Notes under the pieces: generated by a model
Seen by the model: only the letters and a program-made list of their open reading frames with translations
What the model was told of the DNA's origin: nothing
The model's database searches: none
Position numbers and translations under genes: made by a program
Shown here: positions 9,269 through 18,500 of the stretch, piece after piece
Layout: every line of letters begins with the position of its first letter
Numbering within the stretch: the first letter of the stretch is position 1
IMG/VR virus record: IMGVR_UViG_3300042914_004291
Location: 1-64,000 of that record
DNA from: a virus
DNA: 64,000 nucleotides
Reading direction: 5' to 3' (one strand)

Positions 9269-10210
9269 TCAGTCGTTCAGGAGGAGCGTGGTGACTTTGT
9301 CGCCGGAATCAACGGCTTGTTTTGCCGCGGTGACTTCTTCGTGAGAATCCAAGTCAATTGATGCAATGGAGAAGTGGTCTTCGGCAGTGTTTCCGATGAT
9401 GAAAGCTGCGTCCACGAGATCGTCGAAATATTTCTTCACGGCAGGATTATCAATCACATTTTCCTGGAAGGAACTCTTCTGGAATTTGATCTCATGAAGC
9501 ACCTCACCTGAATCCGCGTCTGATACTTCAAAAGTTTTCCATGCGCCGGTTCCACTGACACTGATATGTTTGCCGTCAACAAGAGCTTTTCCAGCTTTCT
9601 CACAGAACTGTCGGAGCTCATCGAACAACTGCTCTGTCTCAACGATACCTTTGCCAAAGTGAATCTCGAAAGATGTTTGCCGCCATGGACGTGCAACCTT
9701 GTTCTTGATCACTTTGACGTCAACAGCAATACCAACAACCTGTTCTCTACCGTTAATTGTCTTCTTGATCTGTTGGCCACCAGAAAGTTTCAAACGCAAA
9801 CTAGCGTGATAAGGAATTGCATTACCCCCGGGAGTAGTGTTATGGTTGATCTGGCCCTCGGCCAGATATGTCTGCGTATCTTCAACAGTGACATCAACTA
9901 CTTCCATCGACTGATCGATCAAGACAGCCTCTGGGTGATCCTTGAGCTCTACCCACTCACCATCGTGCAGTACACGGTGAACGGAGGTGCCACAAAGTGT
10001 TCCTAATTGGTAATGTTGCTGGACTGATGGCTTCACCACCAAGTGTGTTAGCGGCTTGAACACTGTTTCGCAAGTATTCGTATCATAACTTTCAATTTCA
10101 ATGCCTCGGGCACTTATATCGATGACGCGTGGAGTTGAAAAATCTGTTACTCCACACTCGCGAAACAATGCCGACAATTCAATGGCTTCTGGTTGATTTT
10201 CTTTTTTCAT
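9269..10210 (-). CDS. recA: Split-intein C fragment (124 aa) fused to RecA/UvsX C-terminal extein (189 aa)
   Basis: Block B TSVH; block F/G VVDVTVEDTQTYLAEGQINHN; then +1 Thr and the RecA sequence TTPGGNAIPYHASLRL...VKVIKNKVARP..FEIHFGKGI. Confidence 0.92.
   Translation of the reverse strand: MKKENQPEAIELSALFRECGVTDFSTPRVIDISARGIEIESYDTNTCETVFKPLTHLVVKPSVQQHYQLGTLCGTSVHRVLHDGEWVELKDHPEAVLIDQSMEVVDVTVEDTQTYLAEGQINHNTTPGGNAIPYHASLRLKLSGGQQIKKTINGREQVVGIAVDVKVIKNKVARPWRQTSFEIHFGKGIVETEQLFDELRQFCEKAGKALVDGKHISVSGTGAWKTFEVSDADSGEVLHEIKFQKSSFQENVIDNPAVKKYFDDLVDAAFIIGNTAEDHFSIASIDLDSHEEVTAAKQAVDSGDKVTTLLLND
9839..10210 (-). mobile_element. IntC half of an atypically split intein
   Basis: Ends in His-Asn (codons 9844-9839) before Thr; contains TxxH; no endonuclease domain. 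Confidence 0.88.
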
Positions 10211-11246
10211 TTATCTCTTTTTCAATCTTTGAATTTACTTTTTCTTGCTCGCAAAGTAGCTCGGTTTCCCAAAAAACAACGACTTTATACCCAGCAGTTT
10301 CTAGCAAATCAGCTCTGATTCGATCTCGCTCCCATATCATCGCAGCGGTGACTTCGCCATAAACTAGGTCGCTAGCTGAATGGTTCTTCGGGTTAGCATG
10401 CCAGTAATCACCATAACACTCAAAAATCATTCCGTCAACAACGAAATCGGGGTAAAAAATCACATCATCAACTTTAACGGGCGGCTCGTATGCGAACTCT
10501 AGCCTGTTTCTCGCGAGAATTTTGGCCAACTCACTTTCTGGCTTGTTCATGCGTATATCGTTGAAAACATGTTTTTTGGCATACCTGCCTTTGAACCACT
10601 TATCTAATTTGGCCAAATTGTTAGTTGAACGAGCTTCGGCCCACATCTGTTTGGAGGCGCGAGAGATCTTCTCCACCCTGTCTGGTTTGTTACATGCATC
10701 AATCAACGTCTCCCTGCCTCCAGACTCTAACCACTTCTGAAAACCAGCCTTTTTCTTTTCGGCGACAATTGGGTTATTTAGCACCTTCTTCATCTTTGCT
10801 TTGTTTCCATCTAAGGCCCACCAAGCAGCCCTAGATTCGGCATTGGCTTTTCTGTTGGAAGACTTGCGCAACTTCGCACGATACTCCTCGGTGGCAACTA
10901 CGGCAGCATGGTTGGCTTTCGTTTTTACATCAACTTCCTCGAAATAACGTTGAATGGCTGGCAATAGACTTGAATCGATGATGCCATTCGCTATGCCATA
11001 GTCAATTGCGCGTCGTTTATTGAAAAACTCCTTGTAGAATGCATAAGCAGATGCGCCATCAGACTCGCCGAGATAATACGTGAAGTAACCCTCAACACTG
11101 GCCGATATGGGACGACCATCGGATCGTTTTAGAGCTTGTTTTGTTTTGAACTCTTGCTTCAACGTCGCAGAAAACTTAGGCACTCCGTTCTGTATACAGA
11201 AGTTGAAGTTGAAGAATTTCTGAGGTGGTGTGGTGGTTGGGTCCAT
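10179..11246 (-). CDS. Free-standing Vsr/DUF559-like homing endonuclease
   Basis: C-terminal KPE...YPDF...IFECYGDYWH...ERDRIR...L...GYKVVVFWE, preceded by basic helical repeats (putative DNA binding); lies between the two intein halves. Confidence 0.85.
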   Translation of the reverse strand: MDPTTTPPQKFFNFNFCIQNGVPKFSATLKQEFKTKQALKRSDGRPISASVEGYFTYYLGESDGASAYAFYKEFFNKRRAIDYGIANGIIDSSLLPAIQRYFEEVDVKTKANHAAVVATEEYRAKLRKSSNRKANAESRAAWWALDGNKAKMKKVLNNPIVAEKKKAGFQKWLESGGRETLIDACNKPDRVEKISRASKQMWAEARSTNNLAKLDKWFKGRYAKKHVFNDIRMNKPESELAKILARNRLEFAYEPPVKVDDVIFYPDFVVDGMIFECYGDYWHANPKNHSASDLVYGEVTAAMIWERDRIRADLLETAGYKVVVFWETELLCEQEKVNSKIEKEINEKRKSTRSH

Positions 11247-11250
11247 CCGA

Positions 11251-12072
11251 CTAAATATGTGTTCTTCTGATTTTTACTGTTGTTTTTGGACTGACGCATG
11301 TTGGATCTCCGTACATAACACCGATCTTCATGCGTTGTTGATTGATCAGGAGAAGACAGACGTTCTTGTCGCCGATCAGGTGAGTGATCTTTCTGAAGCC
11401 TTTGCTGAGAACTCTTGCGGCAAGGCCGATAGTGTTCTGTTCATAATCGCCTTCGAGTTCGGCTTTTGGTGAACTTGCCGCAACAGAATCCCAGATCACA
11501 AGGATTGGAAGGTCGCTCTTCATGTTTCTTGCCTTGATGATCACGTTCTCAATGATAGAGAAAATCTTCTCCATGCAAGTCTCTTGGACATACACAAAAC
11601 GTTTACCAACATCAAGTCCTAGACTATTCAGGTTGTCGAGAGAGGTTGCGTTCTCGGCATCAATATAAACAACGATGCCACCCATTCTCTGAGTTGCTCT
11701 GGAGGCTTCAATAGCAAGGTGGGATTTACCGTTGGCTTGTGGTCCTTGAATCTCAATGATTCTTCCCTCGGGATAGCCGCCACCTTTCTTGTTTGCAATG
11801 ATATAGTCAAGCTGCCGAGAGCCGGTAGGGATCCAACGTTTAACATTTGTTGGAGCACTGTCTTCTGCTAGGTTGAATGCAATCTTCTCCCCAGCTTCTT
11901 TGTTTGTGTCACGAATCAGGTCTTTGACGAACTGAAAATCTTCAGATGATGCAGATGGTGCAGTGGTCGCCGCTGTTGTTTGTTTCTTGGCAGGAGGTGG
12001 CGTTGGTGTTGGTGCTGTCGCAGTCTTCTTTGCTTGTTCTAGTTGTTGCTTCTTTTTGGCTTTGGCTATCAT
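11251..12072 (-). CDS. recA: RecA/UvsX N-terminal extein (258 aa) fused to a 15-aa split-intein N fragment
   Basis: IPTGSRQLD, GRIIEIQGPQANGKS (Walker A), VYIDAEN, VIWDSVAA, INQQRMKIGVMYGDPT, then CVSPKTTVKIRRTHI-stop. Confidence 0.93.
   Translation of the reverse strand: MIAKAKKKQQLEQAKKTATAPTPTPPPAKKQTTAATTAPSASSEDFQFVKDLIRDTNKEAGEKIAFNLAEDSAPTNVKRWIPTGSRQLDYIIANKKGGGYPEGRIIEIQGPQANGKSHLAIEASRATQRMGGIVVYIDAENATSLDNLNSLGLDVGKRFVYVQETCMEKIFSIIENVIIKARNMKSDLPILVIWDSVAASSPKAELEGDYEQNTIGLAARVLSKGFRKITHLIGDKNVCLLLINQQRMKIGVMYGDPTCVSPKTTVKIRRTHI
11254..11298 (-). mobile_element. IntN half (15 aa) of an atypically split intein
   Basis: CVSPKTTVKI matches the intein block A pattern C-h-x-x-x-T-x-V. 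Confidence 0.85.
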
Positions 12073-12102
12073 TTTCTCTTTTATGACCTATATTGTGTAT
12101 AG

Positions 12103-12131
12103 ATCCTACCATGAGATATTATGGGAGTCAA
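12103..12131 (-). promoter_or_regulatory. sigma70-type promoter for recA
   Basis: TTGACT-N17-TAGGAT with TG extension; the -35 box overlaps the palindrome CAAACACGTGTTTG. Confidence 0.65.
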
Positions 12132-12349
12132 ACACGTGTTTGTGACTCAAAACAAAGCAAAAAGCAAACTAGAACAACAAACAGCGAGCTCGAAATACCA
12201 CCAGTTGTTTTGGATATAGGTCACAAGAAACAACAAAGCCTAGAAACCGCTCCTGACATTCCCTCTTCAATGAATGAGGTTGGAGTTGCGGCCTGGGCTT
12301 TGTTTGTTTTGTTGTTCTGGTCGGTTGGTATGCTCTTAGCTAAGAACTA

Positions 12350-13234
12350 TCAGAACTGATCGAATGCCTCACCAAGAGCAGCTTCGGTGTCTGCATCAAC
12401 CTCACCTTCGGTCGACTCAACCTTGGTTGTTTCCTCTGCTGAAGCCTTGCCTTTCCCGCGCTTAGCTGCTGCGGGGGCTTTTGTGTCAGAAGATGTCGCA
12501 ACCACAGGCTGAGTCTCTTGCAGTCTGACCATGTATTCCTCAAGAATCTGAATGAGATCCTCTGGTGATTTGACCCAACGCTTCTGTTGCTCAAAGAAGT
12601 CAGGAATGCTATCGATCAACTTTTGCATCTCTGCCTTGTTCGAGTGCAAAGGACTTGGACGACGGTGAAGGATTGGTGCATTGACTTGCTTGCAGGGTTT
12701 GCCTTCATAGAGCTTGACCTTGCCATCCTTCACGAGAGGAACAATGTTGATCTCCATATCATAACCGACATTGTAGTCCAGGAGATCCTCGTCCTTGTTT
12801 TGATCTGAAAGCATCAGACCGTACAATGACTTGACAAACGCTTCCTTCACTTCCCAGATGCGAACGCCTTTGTCTTCTTCACCGCGGACAAGGACTGCCG
12901 CGAAGAAACAGCGCTGTGGTTTGAGATTCTTAGCGATCTCCCAGCCTTCCTTTGTCTTGCGGAGAGCTTCAAACTGCTCATTGATTGGGTCTTCCATGCC
13001 CCAACCAATCGGAGCATTGATGCTTTTTTGCACGAGTGGTTTGCCGTAACGCAAGAGTGGAAGAATTGGAGTGTTGTCTTCTGTCTTCATCTTCAAGAGA
13101 CGGACATTATAGACGCCAAGACCGGGACTCCAGTAAGAGATCTTTGGGCCATTGCTGCCTGAGTCGTTGTTGGATCTGTTGTTCTTTGGAGTGAGAAAGC
13201 TTGAGATTCCGTTGAGATATGCTGGTGATGCCAT
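12350..13234 (-). CDS. Single-stranded DNA-binding protein, T4 gp32-like
   Basis: YW.P..G...VRLL, DPINE, AKNLKPQRCFFAAVLVRGEEDKGVRIW, D...GYD, acidic C-terminus; adjacent to recA. Confidence 0.8.
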   Translation of the reverse strand: MASPAYLNGISSFLTPKNNRSNNDSGSNGPKISYWSPGLGVYNVRLLKMKTEDNTPILPLLRYGKPLVQKSINAPIGWGMEDPINEQFEALRKTKEGWEIAKNLKPQRCFFAAVLVRGEEDKGVRIWEVKEAFVKSLYGLMLSDQNKDEDLLDYNVGYDMEINIVPLVKDGKVKLYEGKPCKQVNAPILHRRPSPLHSNKAEMQKLIDSIPDFFEQQKRWVKSPEDLIQILEEYMVRLQETQPVVATSSDTKAPAAAKRGKGKASAEETTKVESTEGEVDADTEAALGEAFDQF

Positions 13235-13359
13235 GTGTGTTTTGCTTTGATGTACTTGAGTTGTGTAATGTATTTTTAGAAACAGCTCTAGAGGTATTAC
13301 GAGAGATCTGTTGTCTAAGTCAGGGGCACAACTGAACCACCTGAACTCGTTCTTTAACT

Positions 13360-13388
13360 ATGCTAACCGGTGGATAAAACCGTGTCAA
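13360..13388 (-). promoter_or_regulatory. sigma70-type promoter for SSB, overlapping a candidate late motif
   Basis: TTGACA-N17-TAGCAT; ATAGTTA at 13355-13361. Confidence 0.75.
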
Positions 13389-13404
13389 GACTTGAGGAAA
13401 AGAC

Positions 13405-14112
13405 TTATTTTGCAGCGGTTTTCTTTGATTCGAAACCCTGGGCTTCGGTCCTGTTCTTGAGTGTTGCGCAGGCTGCTGCGTATGCTTGGTTGATCACTAG
13501 TGTGAGCCATGACACTTGGCTGTCTTGAGAGCCGGTTGAAGATTGGTTCTCTTTGCCTGTGAGGTATCTGGTTTTATCATAGCCCATTGTCTGGATCACT
13601 TGGAGTTCTTCTGGTGAAAGGTTGAACCCAAGCTGGGATAGTCGCCAGATGCTGAGATTTGGAATGCTGTAATTTGCTAGCTTTGGATTGATTGTGTAGA
13701 TCGCACCTTGGTTCTTGCGATGCCATTCTGAATCATTCCAGAGAAAGAATGGTGCTTGGTCTGTTCCATGGGCTCCTAGGAGGGAAAAGAGAGTGCAAAC
13801 AACCAATGAGTCTGCTGGGATGCTTGATTCGTAGGCAACGTTGAGTTTTGCGGCGAATTTCAGTGTCTGAAGCGCCATCTCCACCAAGCCACCATCATAG
13901 GCGCCGCCATAGTGAATGTGAGTTGCAGCAGGCGCGCTAGCAATCTCTCCGACGTTCTTTTCAAGAAACTTGAACAGGTTTTCATATCCGGTGCGATTAG
14001 CTAGCTTGGCTTCGACCATTTTCATGAAACTCTCAAAGTTTTTTGCCAGCAATTCCTTCTGCACCTGAGAGACTTCGACTGTGTTGGTTTTCTTTGATGA
14101 CTTTGTTGACAT
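13405..14112 (-). CDS. HD-domain-like protein with degenerate metal ligands
   Basis: APA...Y.GAYDGGLVEMAL and LFSLLGAHG align with APAS..HH.A..GGL..HSL and LxHDxGK, but the His/Asp residues are replaced. Confidence 0.6.
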   Translation of the reverse strand: MSTKSSKKTNTVEVSQVQKELLAKNFESFMKMVEAKLANRTGYENLFKFLEKNVGEIASAPAATHIHYGGAYDGGLVEMALQTLKFAAKLNVAYESSIPADSLVVCTLFSLLGAHGTDQAPFFLWNDSEWHRKNQGAIYTINPKLANYSIPNLSIWRLSQLGFNLSPEELQVIQTMGYDKTRYLTGKENQSSTGSQDSQVSWLTLVINQAYAAACATLKNRTEAQGFESKKTAAK

Positions 14113-14124
14113 TTTTTCTTTGCG

Positions 14125-15426
14125 TTACTGTTTTGGAATGTGAATGAAGGGTGTTTGCCGAAGTTTGAAGCTGCCATCCTCAAATCCCGGCAAATCGCGT
14201 GATCCAATCTTGGCCAAGGAATTAATCGTTGTCAAGCCATTAGATTCTGGCCCTATGTTCACATCGAAAACAATCATGTCGTGCAGCAAGTACAGTGGAA
14301 CCGCAATATTACTAAGGAACTCTTCTGTGTCTGGGATATCATCCTGAATATATGAAACAATGTTCTTGAACCCGGACATCGCCAGATCTACAGCGCTAGA
14401 TTGAAAATATCGATTGATCAGGAGGTTGTCGCTGTCGCAAAGAATTGGTCTGCCGTAATAGTTCTCAATGAAGGAACATGAGTTCTTGCCGGTCCATTCC
14501 TCGTAAAGCTTCCTCTGAATATCGTCCAGACAAAGAACATCATCTACAATCTCTACTAGTTTTGCGGCCGTAATTCCATGCCCCAGTCTAAACGTCTCAT
14601 TGATCTTTGAAATCAAACCAGACGTCTGCATCCCGTTCATCCTGGAGACTGTTATTGATTTCATTACATCCCTGAGTTCAGGAATTGAAGAACCGCTCTG
14701 AGCTAGTCCTGTTCTTCTCAATATTTCTATGTAAGGATCAGTGCTATTACTGTGTATTCCTTCTCTTAGTATCTTACTAGTATACCCCATACTCTTCTTC
14801 TCCTTCTCTTGCTCGGATAGTGTAGGGGACACGTGAGGATGGGAGAACAGTGATGATTTGTTGAGACAGACAAGCATCGAAGGTTCTAGTGCTTGGTAAT
14901 CTAGACCTATAATAGCACCATGGTCGCCCCAACGAGAAACAATCATGTTCCTGTGCTGTTTTTTCAAGTTAAGAATGTTTGGGCCATGCTCTACAACAAG
15001 CCTTCCAGTTGCGCTAGAAACCCTTGAATACCTAGGCACTAGAGCGAAACCATCGGAGTCAGGTTCAAAACCAGAAACAATCTTGGTCGTGTCTTCGTGT
15101 GAGTATTGTTCGAACAGAACAGGATCTATCTTTGCAGGCTGAAACAGAGATTCAGGCTTGAAGAGATATTCTTCGGTTGGCGCAAAAACATCTAGAAGAT
15201 ACGGAGAAGTATTGCGGAGATTTCTGATCGTGTTGTTGAATATCTCAAGATCTTTGTTAAACTTTTCTGCAAGTCGTTCAGGCAGAACCATGCCCCATGG
15301 CACATCGGATGTTTTTGCATGCGACGCAATGGTGCCATAGATTTGTTTGAACATCTCTGGGACATGGACCGACGGGTGTTCCAGGAGGAACAGTTTGGCG
15401 ATGATATCGTCTGGGATGTTTGTCAT
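14125..15426 (-). CDS. Divergent family A DNA polymerase-like protein (polymerase domain only)
   Basis: ATGRL...GPNILNL; motif A LDYQALEP; degenerate motif B RDVMK; NYYGR; NRYFQSSAVD; motif C LLHDMIVFD. Confidence 0.7.
   Translation of the reverse strand: MTNIPDDIIAKLFLLEHPSVHVPEMFKQIYGTIASHAKTSDVPWGMVLPERLAEKFNKDLEIFNNTIRNLRNTSPYLLDVFAPTEEYLFKPESLFQPAKIDPVLFEQYSHEDTTKIVSGFEPDSDGFALVPRYSRVSSATGRLVVEHGPNILNLKKQHRNMIVSRWGDHGAIIGLDYQALEPSMLVCLNKSSLFSHPHVSPTLSEQEKEKKSMGYTSKILREGIHSNSTDPYIEILRRTGLAQSGSSIPELRDVMKSITVSRMNGMQTSGLISKINETFRLGHGITAAKLVEIVDDVLCLDDIQRKLYEEWTGKNSCSFIENYYGRPILCDSDNLLINRYFQSSAVDLAMSGFKNIVSYIQDDIPDTEEFLSNIAVPLYLLHDMIVFDVNIGPESNGLTTINSLAKIGSRDLPGFEDGSFKLRQTPFIHIPKQ
14755..14848. 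repeat. Copy 1 of a ~100-bp dispersed element (see 54794-54899)
   Basis: Colinear shared blocks CCTTC.CTT, CTTACTAGTA, AT.CTCTTCTT, GATAGT, AGGGGA, GAGGA, GGAGAAC. Confidence 0.7.
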
Positions 15427-15514
15427 GTTGATACGCGTCTTGACATCAAATTAACACTTGTTTATGGTTGAAGGCTACAGTACGGAGGTGACACAGGAAT
15501 ATCACTCACACACG

Positions 15515-15543
15515 CATCTAGCACAGACCAGAAACCGAGTCAA
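15515..15543 (-). promoter_or_regulatory. sigma70-type promoter for the polA-like gene
   Basis: TTGACT-N17-TAGATG with TG extension. Confidence 0.55.
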
Positions 15544-15552
15544 GACAACCAG

Positions 15553-18500
15553 TTAGTGTCTGCCACGCTGACGTTGTTGAGGACTTGAAGTATCACTGGT
15601 CTGTGTGCCATTCCCGCTGTTTGCAATCGCAGATCTGAGCGCGTCACCAGCAGAGTTCAACTGACCAATCAAGTTTCTGTATTGGCCAAATGCATCATTG
15701 GGAGTTAGTTTTAGAGTAGTCTCAAACACTCCGGATTCAATCTTGTGGGACAAGCCAGTGATGTAGTAGATATTGTCAGCCGTAGTGTTGGTGTTGAAAT
15801 CAATGAACAACTCCTGGCTATATCTCGCAAGGTTGCAACCAAATGTTGTCATCGAAAGTTCAACTGGATAGATACTCAATGGGACACCACCGGTTTGCTC
15901 GCCGTTTGGTTCGACTGGGTTTGAGTTCAGACTTCTCTGCATGTTGATCGTGCTCAATAGTGAGTTCTGGTTTGATGATAGTGATGCGTTCTTGACGGCC
16001 GTACCCATGCAACCATAGATTATGTGTGGAGTGTATTGCATCATAAGCTCTTTAAGCTGTTTTGGACCGCCAGTAAACCTATAGCTGGGTTCTGCACCGT
16101 TTTGGCCAGGGATCTCAGTAATCAGATTATAGGGTGGCCTAGAAGCGGCATCTATAATTGTTCTGTGGATAGATCTCCAGTTTCTCAGAAGGTCACTGTC
16201 ACTTGGAGCATCTGATCCGGCATTTCTTGCAAGGCTTCTGTTTGCTGAAACGGATGCAGGATCTCCTGGGTATGCAGAGAGTGTAGACATCAAATTATCC
16301 GTTGAAAGGCTTAGCAGTTCGCGCAAAGAGCTGTTTGGTGAGCAAGCTTTGTCGTACAGATGCAAACGAAGAATGGTTCTAGATTCATCCTGCACTGCTG
16401 GGAGTGCCTCTATCTCCATTGTGAGCTGGGGCATCACAAAGTCTTGAGATCTTCCGATGTTTGTTCGGCGCATGATTGTTTGCATGCGCCTGTTGAACTC
16501 ATCGCCGCTATATTTAGCCTCAAGCGTTTCTCTTGTGGTCGACCGTTTGTACAGATCACTTATTCCATATGCCGGATTCATTGGGTCATCCACCATCCTG
16601 TTAGCAAGAAATGCAACGAACTCAGCAGATGTCATGTTGACAGCCCTGCTAGCGTTCTCAAGACGCAACCTCGCATATTCCCGCGCAAAAAAGTCGGTAT
16701 AGATTGGATACTGGCTGATGTTGCAATGGCTCATCGGCCCTGCTTTGTTGTTGAAGTTGTGAAAGTATACTTGCACCTCATCAAACTTCAGGTTGCCGTC
16801 AGCACCTTTCACTTTTGCAAGTGGTTTGGCGACAAAAGACATAAACAAGGTACCTAGAGACAAAACCACAGTGTCTGATGAAACAATACTCCTACCAACC
16901 TGTCGACCAGACGCGGTTCTTGCGCTTACTTGGCCATTGGAAGTGGTTGCATCAGCGGCGGTACCGGCGAATCTTGCAAGAATATGGCCATTATGCAGGA
17001 GTTCGTTCTTGGGGTTTGGTGGCATCTCTGCTAGAAAGATATCATTGCCAAAAGGATCCGACACTGTGCCGCCTGAGTTCTCAGAATGGTTCAAATTAGA
17101 AAGCCGCGTGGTGATGTCTTGATTGATTGTTGTTTGTAGTACGCCTAGAGCACCGCCAACTTGATTGTTGCCTGTGCCGACCAGTGCGTCGATATGTCTT
17201 CTAAGCTCTATTGCGGCATTTCTTGTAGCTTCCGTTGCCCCGGATCGTCTGCTCAGAGTTTCTCTGAGTTGCCTGAGAGAAGTGAAAAGTTCTGGGGTGA
17301 GAAGGAGGAAGCTGGTCGAATCTCCTGCGGCAGTCAACATCTGTTGGCCGCGAATCTCTTGGCGTCGACCACCTGAACGAGACGTTGTTTCGCTGCCATC
17401 ACCTGTTGGGGTTGGCCTTTGGCCAAACACGTCAGAAAGTCTGTTGATCTCTCTAGACAGTCCTTCCATTGCTGTGAGTTGTTCTCTCAGTCTTGTCTGG
17501 TTCCCAGCAATGGAAACCTCTGTCAGTTCTGATGAGCCACGTGTGCAAAGGTTTAAAGAAATTGTCACTTGGCCGACTTCATCAAAAGAGAATGAAGAGT
17601 TGATGATGTTGAAATGGTCTTTGTTCCTGGTGAGGTTCAGCACGTCAGCAAATGGATTGTTCGCCGCCAAACCATCCGGATGCGACCAGCCATATTCAAT
17701 CTCCAGGAATAAGCTTCCGTATCTGTCTGGTTTCACTAGATCAGCAAACTCACCAAGCCTGCTCCTGTCATGAAGAACAATCTCCAGCTTGGCAGTTTTT
17801 GTAGAGATCAAACCAACAGCAGAACGAACCTCGACATCAAAGCTCTTGATGCTTGCTAATGGTCTGAATGGATCTATCACTGGAGCTAGGAAGTTAGAGT
17901 TGTTCCTGCTTGTGTTTGGGTTAACCAAAATCTGTGGTGCAGTGAATATCTCCATTCCTACTGTGCTAAAATTGTCTGGGATCGGGCTTTCTGAACCGGC
18001 TCTGTACTGACCAATTGCCAACGGCGCCGAAGGCACTTCATTGGCTCTAGCCTGTGCCTCGATTGTAGGGTTGCTAAACACCTCCACAGCACCCTCTAGG
18101 AATTTTTGTAGTGACATTGCACCGAGTCGACCATTCTGGATAGCTGCGCGATCAGAATAGACCCGTATATTCAACACAGGGGTTGCACGAGTGAATTCAA
18201 TCGTTGGGTATGCGTTGAAGAACAGAGACAACAGTTCGGCGTTCTTGTTTCCAGGCACAAGCATCGGATGTTCGACTCTGAAAGCTACAATTCGTTGTTT
18301 CAGAATGGTATCTTCTTCGGTTCCATCAAAGCAGCCAATCGACCCAAGGTTTGGATAGAGGATCTGAATGCCGGATGTTCCGGAAGATGTAGCCAAGCCA
18401 GCAGTGTTGGCCTCACTGCAATAGTGCATTTTAACACATCTGGCAATCTTACGAAGCTGTTCTGGGGAGTTTGCCGCTTCTCTCACCCTGCTGGAGAGAT

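Noticed and set aside
10179-11298. A single cis-intein with embedded endonuclease broken by sequencing errors or TAG read-through
   Set aside because: The three ORFs are in three different frames, read-through of the TAG hits TAA about 25 codons later, and the endonuclease has its own ATG and upstream motif; two independent errors would be required.
9839-11298. Group I/II intron interrupting recA
   Set aside because: The inserted sequence is fully protein-coding with intein termini (Cys...His-Asn/Thr); there is no space for a ribozyme core.
12093-12359. 88-aa plus-strand ORF with a hydrophobic end
   Set aside because: GTG start inside the recA promoter, opposite to the operon; better explained by the structured non-coding segment, though not excluded.
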